A stretch of DNA of 64,000 nucleotides from Epiperipatus broadwayi (lineage: Eukaryota > Animalia > Onychophora), in the NCBI GenBank assembly GCA_028023455.1, contig JAQFVV010000009.1, positions 15,066,001 to 15,130,000 on the forward strand, in the 5' to 3' direction. This document shows positions 53,256 through 64,000 of the stretch, in pieces. Under the pieces are notes generated by a model. That model had not been told where the DNA came from. It saw only the letters and a program-made list of their open reading frames with translations, and searched no databases. The translations under genes were made by a program, and so were the position numbers. Numbering within the stretch: position 1 is the first letter of the stretch; every line of letters begins with the position of its first letter.

Positions 53256-56200
53256 GAAAATTTCAACACATTGAGGTTTTTTTTTACTCAAGCCAACTTA
53301 ACTTACCTACTTAAGTAGGTTTAGCATGAAGTCAGCAATTATAAATTGCAAAAATATCAATTATAGAGTGAATTATTAATATTAATGTAAGACTGGAGAG
53401 TTATTGTAATATTTTGTTTTATATACACTTAAATTTATGCACTATAATGATATAAAAAAGCTCATTAAATAATTCTAAATACTGTGCTAAAGAGGAATAA
53501 TCTTCAGTTTAATAATCTCAATCTGAAGTTCAAGAAAAACTTAATACATATACAATTCTATCTTAATTAACTATATTGCATATATATTATCTCCAGTATT
53601 TTTTTTTTTCTTTTGTGTTTTTTATGTAGAATTAGATGTGTATGGTTTTATGAACAAATTATCATAGCAAATATCAGCTAAAAAAATTAAGCAAGGAATA
53701 CTCACGCTTTTATAATTTTTTAATTTCATCAGTTGTTTTTATTACTTTATAATTAAAAATTATAACAGTATAAAACACAGTTAAAAATTACTTTCATATT
53801 AAACCTCAAGTAAAGAAGGCGTCTAAATTAACTTTTTATTATAAAAATTTACATTGAAAACCGGCATCTTTTTTATTATTATTTCAAATTGAAGTTTACG
53901 ACATAATTATCATATTAAATCTATTAACAATTAGAAAGATATGTATGTCTTCTATTCATAAATGCTAATGTCCAGCCTCAATTATGAATGAAATAGACAA
54001 AATAACAAATAGTGGATCCAAATCCATATATTAAAAAAAAAAACCCCACATACACATTAAATAATGGAATCACATTTCATACAAATTAGCTTCCGAAGTA
54101 AATATGCGGCTATAAACATTTTTAGGATCTATTCGTCTTTAACACAAATTTTTATGAGAACAATAAAAAGCTCCTAGCCCCCAGATTGTCATAAATTGTG
54201 GTTTGACATTTAATTTACTAACAAAAGATCCTTTGATTAATAAAAAAAATAATTTTATATTCGCCTTTTTTTTTTTGCTCTTTTATTTTGAATAAAAGTT
54301 CCATTTTAATTTTTTGTATCAAGCAATTCCTAAATCTATCAGTTTGAGACAGAGTTAGCACCAGAGTTAACCCTTTAGTTTTGTATTTTTGGCTTCATCT
54401 ACCACGTATCTATATTATATAAAATAAAATTTGAAAAAACATACGGTTTATAATATTATTATTTTAATACCCAATTAATTAACTGGATGATAATATAAGC
54501 ATTATATTATATTATACCAATTTCTTCTTTGAAACACTAAATATATGGATTCGTAATAAAAATGTGGAATGTGTAAAAATACTCATGTATGGTTAACAAT
54601 ATGATAGAAAACAAATGAAATGATTATGAAAAAGAATAAGTGATAGTGAAAAAATAAGTGTAAGCATACATGAGTAAAAAAAAAAAAGACAAAATATGAA
54701 ATTATGAAGAACACAAAAGATTGAAAGAGAGTGAGTGGAAGAATAAATAAGTGAATACAGACTACATATTTCTAAATGAAAAAAAGTGAAAATTAGTAAA
54801 AAAGTAAAAGAAGAATTAGAAAATTATAGTTTGCGAGAGTGAAAAAATGAGTGAAAGTAAAAAAAAAAGAACAAGAATAAGTAAGAAAGAATTAGTAAAT
54901 GTGAGAATGAATAAAAAAAAGAATAAGAATGAAAGTTAAAATTAATGTGGGGGAGGGGGTATACAAACTTAGTTAATGAATTAGTGTCAATAAAATAATA
55001 AGGTTGAGTGAGACAGTGGTGAATGAATACAAAAAAGTATAAAAGATAAGACTTAGAATAGTAAAGTGTAAGAGGGAGAACATGATCAGCTGTGAGTAAA
55101 TGTAAGTGAAAATCAGAGAGTGAGAGTATGCATAAAAGTGAAAGAACAACAACCAAACTATTGAAAGAAGAAAGAATGATAAAAGCTTGAGTGAGAATAT
55201 TTGAATGCGTGACAGAGGAAAAAAACAGTGAATAAAAATGAGTAAGTATGAGAGATCAAATGAGAGTGAGAAAAATTATTTCCTCTCTTCGTTTTATTCA
55301 TTCTCTTGCTCTTTCTAGATCAATCAAATGAATACAGATGATTATAAAATCAGATAATTAACGCCTTATGTTTCACGACATCAAAGATAATTAATTAATC
55401 TAAATATCATCAATTAAATATTTTAAAAATATTCAGTCATTATAGTGAAATTTGACTTGGATTTAACAAACTTCAATCAGATTTTAATAAATTAATGAAA
55501 GTGATTTAGTTTTAGAGTTAAAATCTTTTTAGTTGCGTAAGTTTTTAAAAAAGAAAAGAGTGACTATGCGAACTTTATTTTAGAACTGAAGAAGCAACAG
55601 ACAGTCTTCAAGTGTGCTCAAGAGAAGGCAAGTATGTGTGTTTTTTTCCCACTGCCATAGGCTGCACTCTTCAGATGGAATTCGTTTAAATTTACTTTCT
55701 GAAAGCTAGTCTGAAGAAAGTTTGCAATATTAAATCAACAGAAAACTTTGATGGCCAGAATTATGAATAAAATATTTCTTAGCTTTAGTCAAAACAATCA
55801 TATTAGAATTTTTTTAAAAAAAAAAATACTATGCTGTTTTGGCTAAATATTTTTCTTTCTTTTTTTTCACATTGCCGTTCCTTTTTTTCTTATATTTTCA
55901 TCTTCTAATTTAATGGTTCCTACATAAATATAAGCTTACATATAATTAGTTATATATACCTTTAATCTGAATAACAAAACCAATATGTACATCAAAACTC
56001 ATCATAACTAAAAAATCACGTAAAAAATAAACATTAATAATGGTTTCCTATCATAAAAAATTTAATTCATAATCACAGATTCAAAATATTTCATAAACTT
56101 TAAATGCCTTATTAAAAAAAAAAAATACTATAAACTTGAAACGTTTTATTAAACATACTATTAATAAGAATACTAGCGTGTGCGTAAATATAATGCACAA

Positions 56201-57329
56201 ATTACTTATTAATAAATGTAGTACATTTACTATGCATTTTTAACCCTTTATTGAACATCGTAGCCATTAAGCTTGCAAAATTGAGGTCAACATTCAATTA
56301 AAACATGATTTGTTAAATTAAAACCAGTGGAAAAAAAAATCAATTCAATATAATATGCATTTTCAAATTGATTTTTGATGTACTTTATGGAATACTTTTT
56401 GTTATTACATAGCAACTAAAACTTTTTTTACAATGTAAACTGAGAATTAATTGTGTAATGTAAAAAATTCCTTGGAATAATTTGGCATTATATTATAACT
56501 GAAAATATTTAAATAAAAATAAAGCATATATATATTAATTAACATAATGTATATATATTTTTCCATTTATATTTGATGTACTTTATATGTGATCATATAT
56601 TTATTTATATCACCTAATCTTAAGGATGCTTTTATTGTTCCAATTTATAAAAATAGACAAGACTTCAGTAATTAATATGAAATATTGTTATTTTCTTTAG
56701 CAAAGAAACGTTCAAACTTCCAAGTATTCAATGTGATTTTAAGAAATCAAAAATCGCTATAGGTATGTTTATTGTTGTCAAGCAAATGAAGAAAAAAAGT
56801 GTCAAGACTAATAACAACAGCAACAATATTTGCATACGGCTTTCATTGATTTGATTAAGGCAATGTAGTCAATTAATCAAACAGATTGGTGACAATGTTT
56901 AAAATTAATTGGTTGTCCAAATAAAATTTATTTAAATAAGACAGCTTTTGTGGTGGAATAAAAGACAGTGTTATATAATACTCCAAGTGAAAAATCTGAA
57001 ACATTTGTAATGAAAACTACAATAAAATGAAAAAATGTGTTTTTATTATTATGATAATGGTCTTTGGAATTATTTATAGTTTGGCTTCATGAATCAGGAA
57101 TCAAGACCCAAAACAGGTTTACTAGTATAGTTTCCAATTTGAATTGATTAAAAGCAAAAACAAAAACTTCACCTTTTTGATTTTTGGATTTACTGTAAGC
57201 TGATGATTGTGATATCTTTGCTAATTTTGTATTTAATGTTTTGAATATAAGAATTTAAAAGATAGGGTATTTCATCATGGTAATTTAATTGCTGTAATTA
57301 ATTGTACATCAAGCTATTATTTTGTCCAA

Positions 57330-57700
57330 TTTATTGTATGGAAGTCAGATTTGAACCTCTATTGAAATAATATCAAAACATTATTCTAAAAATATGATAT
57401 CAAGATCATAAGAGACCAATTATTATGGTCTTTAACTTGCTGAATGTGATGTTTTAAAATCACATCTTTATTGGACATGAAAAATAAACAAATAGTAACA
57501 TACTTCTTAAAAATATTTTATGATGAACTTGAGCATAGAAGAGACAGACATCATTTAAGTTATAAAGATTATCTCAAAGACATCCCAAAATATTGTAATA
57601 TTGATTGTTTTAATTGAAAAACCATATAACTGAAAATAAAATATGGAGAGCCTCTTTCAGAAATGAAGATTTGCCACAAAAAGATCTTATGTCAACAAGA
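57330..57700 (+). mobile_element. Decayed RTE (BovB-like) 3' fragment
   Basis: KNIFYDELEHRRDRHHLSYKDYLKDIPKYCNID resembles the RTE C-terminal PKxIxYxELxxGxRxxGRPxxxYKDxLKxxLKxCxID motif. Confidence 0.6.
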
Positions 57701-60700
57701 GAAGAAGAAAATAAAATAATATGACTTGATATGTATTTTATAATGCTTATCTTTTATTATTAACAAATTAATGTAACGTAAATAAAATTATAATTTTTTT
57801 AAATTTGTTTAACAATTCAACTAGATGATGGAATAGTCCAACATATAATTACAATAAATAATTACATATTTATGTTATTAAAAAGACTCAATATTTTTTA
57901 TACTATTCCTAATTAAATTTCTTGCTCAAGAGCCCTTCAAAAAACTTATTTACAATACTGATTAAGACTTGTTTATCTGTGACTACAACTAGTCTTAAAT
58001 TGAAGTCACTAAAATATTATAAATACTGCTTTAGTTTCAATGCTACATAGTCAACAAAATGTTAATGTAGACAAAGTCTTGAATCATAAAATTCTCAAAA
58101 TATTATTTTTGGACAGCCAATTAATAAAAAAGTTTATTTTCAAAGTAATTACACCAATAAGACTGAGGCTAAATAAAAAAGACCTTTAACATTCCTCCAC
58201 AGGATGCACCAAGTTATACATTTTTTGCTTTTTCTTTACACTAGTTAAGAATAGCTAATTAGCCATCCAGTAACTAGATGACTAATTATCTTAATTAACT
58301 ATGTATGAGTGGATTATCTGAAAAAAAACAACAACCCAACAACACATAATTCACTTGTAAATTTTCACAGCTACATAAAAAAATCAAATTCCAGCTGGAT
58401 TTGAATCTCAGGCTACAGATATAATAAATGGATATATCGTACTTATAGGGATCATATATAACTAATGTGCTATAATTTATCTTCTAAGCTGTAGCATAAT
58501 CATGTACTTCCTAAGTTTAATTATCAGAATCATTTCTTAAATTTTAGCTCTGCTTTTTCCATAAGATATATATAAAAGTTTTTAATACAAATATAAGAAA
58601 CTCCAATATTTTTAAAATCTAACTAAAATTTAATTAAATTTCCCAGCTGCCACGATCTGACATACTTGAAACATTCACTTATTAAATTTCAGTTGATTTT
58701 TAAATACATTTTTAAAATAAATTTTATTATAAATAAGTTAGAAAAACTCTCTAGTTTAATTAAAATATGTCATATTCATCTTAGCTATTAAATATATATT
58801 TAAAATAGAATTAAACTGACTTTAAGATAATTGATTATAAAACTATTGTTATGTATATATATCAAGAAAATACATGTAAAAAATGTATAATGTATTTGGA
58901 TTTAATTATTCTGTGAATAAGTTTATATTATCAGTTTTACATATTTGATAATAATAATTTAATTAGCAGACTTGTTAAAATTATTAGAATTTCATCTGAA
59001 TCTATAAACTGGACTGATTAATGCAAAAATAAAACCACCTGCTAACAAAAAGTTTCAGCCTTTTCGAGTATCAATGCTTGATGGATGTCATATAAAAATA
59101 CTCAATTTTTGTCTGACCAACAAATTAGCAATGATATAAGAAATAGCATTATTTTCAAGTTACTTTTAATGATTTCATTGCAAAAAAAAAAAGTAATTAA
59201 ATCAAACAAAAGCAAATAATTAATTTTTACCTCCATAGCGTAAGCTTGTGGTTAAAACACCTGTAGAGGTCCCTACTATCGTATTTTATACATATTATCG
59301 AGGTTATAGCCTCAGTAAATATTACTTAATGAACAATGCAGTTTAAAAAATTTGAAATGATACTATATCATAACTTGACTTTGAAATAGTTACCAAATAT
59401 TAGCTTATTTAAGATGCACTTGCAGGGCCTTTAAATTTTGGGAAAGAATTCACTGTCTTTATTACAATATATCAATGCAAGATCCTTTATGAAAATGTGC
59501 CAAGACTTTCAGTTTAATATCAATAAATAGGATATTTTCAACTGAGATATTATAGTGTATGCTGATTTTAGAAATAAATTTACAATCAGAAAGTTAAATA
59601 GTATAAAAATTTGCAATAAAATACAAATATAGAATATAAAATAGCACACAATTTTTATAAATATGTCAAAGCATAGGCATTAAATTCATTTATGAATGTT
59701 TACCTATTTGTAATGGTCAAATATTTTGGTCATATGATAGGATATTAAGTTATAAAATAACAATAATGAAATAATAACATACTTAATGAACTCCTATTTC
59801 TTTTTTAATAATTAAAAAAAAAACATGTTAATTTCTTCAAAACAAAAATTTAGCAGATATTAAAATCATCTTTTAATCTCTCCAATAAAAATTATGTAAG
59901 AGCCTTTTTTCTTTTGAGATTTATCTGGATATTTATCTACCAAGCTTGATAACTTTCCAAATTTCTATGTGCAATAGTGGAATATATATTATAAAGACCC
60001 TAATTTTATATACACCAAAACAATTAGAAATAAATTACCATCCCCTATCCATCCTCATGGAAACTTCTTTAATTTTGCAATTAATAAAATTATTTGATAA
60101 ATAATAAAATACTTTGCATCCTTGAAAACTGCAATTAATAAGCATAATATCTGAATAAAAAAAATTAAACATAAAATGGTGAAATGGTGACTCATTATCA
60201 ACTATTAATGTTCTAATGGACCTATATAAGCACTATAAATCCACTAAACTTACTCTGAATTAGTCAAAAGATTGTATTAATATAAAGAAGCTGCAAACTA
60301 TGCTATAAACAAACTAGAGGACTTCAACAGCTAAAATTGACACTACTGTAAAAGTTAATTTTTTGGCTAAAATGGAAAAAGTCTTAATCTATGACTACAT
60401 GATATAAATTATAAAAATGTTATGGTTCACTATCTTGTATTGTGCCAAAAAGCTCAAGAATCTGGATCACACAATCCCTAGTAAGGGATGATTGTATAGA
60501 TTCCAAAATTGTTAAACAGACTTAAAAATATTGAAATAATAATTAAAGATGCATCTGTCAATAACGATGTTGCCGCTACATTTTCATTAAATTAAAAAAA
60601 AAAAAATTGAAGAAAAAAAAAATGTCAGGAATAGGTATTTAATCATGAGAAAACAGTTATTGATGAGTATACTGTAAATATATATGTAAATGTGCATTCT

Positions 60701-61239
60701 CGATTTATTATTAAAAAAATTGATTTATATTATAATCTTAATTTATATATGCATGATATACACATAAAGCATGTTATATCTGTGTGTGCATGTGTGTGTT
60801 GAAAAGGTCTGTATTATATACTTATAGTACAATAAGTAATACTTATTATAATTAAGACCTCAACAAAATGTGAGATATTATATGCTATTTACATTTGTAC
60901 ACAAGAGGCTTGGATCAAAATATAGCAAAGTTCCTGTTCCATATATTTTATTCCTTTATGTAATATTTTGTAAACTAATTATGTAAATATGCAATAATCC
61001 TGTATATAATTTTAATGAAAATAATTTATAAATTGAGAAAAAAAAAGGCAAATTTAATATTGTATACTTATTATTTATTTTGCCCATTTTTAAGGAACGA
61101 AAATAAATGGAATAACAAAACAAAAAAATAAATAACAATGTTTCAACTTTAATAAGATCTTTAATAATAATTGTAATAAAAATAATATTATCTAACAAAA
61201 GTATGAATATTACAAAATTAATAATCACTCACAATATTA

Positions 61240-61690
61240 TTTTAAAATTTTGGACGAAGAAACATATTGATAACAAAATAGGATGAATTGTTATAAATTT
61301 TGTTTGTAGTATGCTAACATATAAATGATCTTTTAAAAAAATGTAAAGAATAAAATTAGAAGATGTAAACATATGGTTTTGAAGAACATTGACTAAAGAA
61401 TGTTGTATGGAAAGAAAGAATAATGATCAGATAATGAGACAAATCATATGGAAAGAGAGAGATTGAGAAAAATAAAATTCCTGGAACACATTTTGAGGCA
61501 TGATATTTTTGTACAAATTCTTTGGAAGGTAAAGAAAAAGTTGAGGGTTAGGTCAAGGGTATCTTATCTTAAAAACATGATCAATGAAATTGAATATGGT
61601 TCATATGAAAGTAAAAAAAAAAAAAGGTTTAAGACATAATGATGAGACTAGAGTGAAAAGGCATTGTGTTTAGAAACTAATACTGATAAG
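61240..61690 (+). mobile_element. Decayed RTE-type LINE 3' fragment
   Basis: KLEDVNIWF and RKIKFLEHILRHDIFVQIL...RVSYLKNM resemble the RTE C-terminus; broken frame. Confidence 0.55.
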
Positions 61691-64000
61691 AATAAATGAA
61701 AACTTTATCATAGTAATTTATTTTTCTCATTAATTAAAAATAAATAAAAATAAATGATATTTTTCTCAATTATTGGGAATATAAGCATTAATTCTCATAT
61801 TAACATATCTTAATTTCATAAGAAACAAATTAATTATTAGACATATTCAAAAAAAAAAACTCCTTTGACCCTAGAAATTTCAAAATTACTTTATTTCTGG
61901 ATATCAAAAATTCAGACTAAAATATATTAGAGAACTGACACTGATTTATTGTAAAATCAATATTTCTGTATCTGGATAACAACAAAATGGTGAAAAACAG
62001 GCAAAAACTCACTATATATAATGCCACAAAATGGTGAGTATTACTAATATACAAAATGGTGAGTGTTACTTATATGCAAATGCAAAAAAAAAATCAAAAT
62101 TAAGTTTCATTACTTAAATTTTTTCATATTTATTATGATAATAAAATGCAATTTAGTGACCTCAAGTTCTAGAGCCAGTGCTCAAACATTATAATAAACT
62201 ATACAGGCTGTTGGTTTAGTCACTATATCTTGTTGTCTTCATTTTCTGAATTTACTTCATAGTATAGTGATTTGTATATTTCCTGCCATGCCTAAGACTG
62301 AGATTCTAATTCAGATGAAACATAGACTTTTTTTGGTGCTGAAGAATTTGTATGCAAGCCTTGAATTTTCATGTAGGCAACCCATTCTATAACCAACATA
62401 ACTATTAATCTAACTGGTTCAGATAAATGAGTCAATCATAAATCAAAATTAAATGTATTATGCACTTTCATCATTGATTAGTGAACTGCTATATTTCTAT
62501 GCTCTTTGATTTACTTTATCTTTGTTGACAATCTACATATATATTTATAAATATTTAAATCACCCACCCCAAATGTTATGATATTTCAGAAATGCCCATT
62601 GCCAATAAATATAGTCTGAACCTCAAACAGCCAAACTCAAAAAAATGAATGTAGCTGGGGAAATCTGATTATTATTATTTGCAGCATAAAAAAATAATTT
62701 AAAAACTAAATGAAATCATGTTAATATAAGCTGTATGAAATCGTAATCAATAAAAAAAAAAAATGCTAACAATTTAATAATTGCTGTATATCAAAATGTA
62801 TAACCATCAATTTCAGGCATTTCTATACTTCTATTCTATAAGTCTTTGAAATAAATTACAAACCGTTTTGAATTTCTATCGATACAAAATATGATTAAGA
62901 TTTTTAACTTTCATGAGTAATGTAGCTTTTCTTCTTGGTGCTAATTTATGTAAGGCTAAAACTGACAGGTTTGCATGCTAAGATGAAAAAAAGACTGCAA
63001 TTAATTTCAATACGACTGATAAAAATGCAGGCAAGGTCGTATTCTTAATCCAGCTACTCTCTTGCTAATTGTAACAGACACATGCTATTCTTATGATAGC
63101 TTAAGGGACAATAGAAAAAAATATTTTAAAAGGCCTTTTTGTTGTTATTGCATTCAAGAATTAGCATTTTATTGTATAGCTTTCTCCCTGTAGGAAATGA
63201 TCGTTTTAGGGTAAAAGCAAACACAAGTAAATAATAGAAGAAATTTAAAATATGCAATTAAATCATTATACGGTATTTACAAAAAAAGAATACAAATTTA
63301 TATTGAAGCTTTTTCAATATTTTATTCTTAGCACATCTAATAATTAAATAGTTATTCTTTCAATTTCTGATATTATAAATTACTATATTATATACTAATA
63401 AGTTTTTAATTTCTGATATTATAGATAGCAGTCAGTGCAAGAAAATATATATATGAAAAAAAAAGAATTAATTAAATCTCTCATATTCTCATAATGATGC
63501 GATCAACGATGATGAGTTTATAAACTTGTAAATTATCCAAATGAAAATGATCATGGTAGGCATTCTCATAAGCAAAAAAAAAACGCAATTTCAACAAGTA
63601 TCTCACTCTGTCTTAGTATATTGCTTGTGTAAAATATAACGTTTTATTCAAACTAATTTGAATAAAGTTAACTTAAAGGCTTCACAATTTATTTTTTTTA
63701 TATTACAAATATTGGTCGTTAGTTTGCCCTTAACAATTATTTGCCTGTTGAATTGTCAAATAATTTGCCTTTCTTTCTGCCTCTGCAAAGATCAATAGCA
63801 ATCACTGGAAAGCACTTGAAGAACTTAGAAATAGACCATGAATATTAAGCCTGGAAGTTAATCATATTTATTTAGTTAGTTCTCCAGGTTACACAAATTT
63901 TTATCAATGCCTGCAGCAATGTCACTGACAGGAATGTAAAAATATCTGCATTTTAATATTTATATCAGCTATGTTCTTTATTACTTTTACGCTTTTTTTA

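Noticed and set aside
55711-55750. CTGAAGA...GAAA hammerhead-like spacing
   Set aside because: Stem II and stems I/III do not pair.
58390-58420. B-box-like GAGATTCAAATCC on the minus strand
   Set aside because: No A box or tRNA-like body evident.

Overview
Very AT-rich eukaryotic (metazoan, probably invertebrate) genomic DNA; no prokaryote-style genes, rRNA, intact tRNA or CRISPR array. The only host gene I can identify is a testin-like PET/LIM gene (TES) on the minus strand. Its last two coding exons are LIM2 at 37057-37215 and LIM3+stop at 27536-27727. I could not find the LIM1/PET exons, so they probably lie beyond 64 kb. The rest is mostly decayed transposons: an RTE-type LINE (50.7-53.3 kb), a head-to-tail dimer of another LINE (29.0-33.1 kb), several RTE 3' stubs, a mariner remnant and a 2.4-kb TIR element. 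The most striking pattern is five head-to-head inverted pairs that look like Penelope-like element (PLE) 3' ends (3.4-4.1, 9.4-9.8, 19.9-21.5, 24.7-25.2 and 45.3-47.7 kb). Four carry recognisable minimal type-I hammerhead ribozyme (HHR) motifs. Two of these motifs have an intact catalytic core, and two show a U3/A8-type core variant. One PLE repeat is interrupted by two tRNA-Gly-derived poly(A) retroposons, one of which sits inside the ribozyme core. All alignments and identities were done by eye, and most boundaries are approximate.
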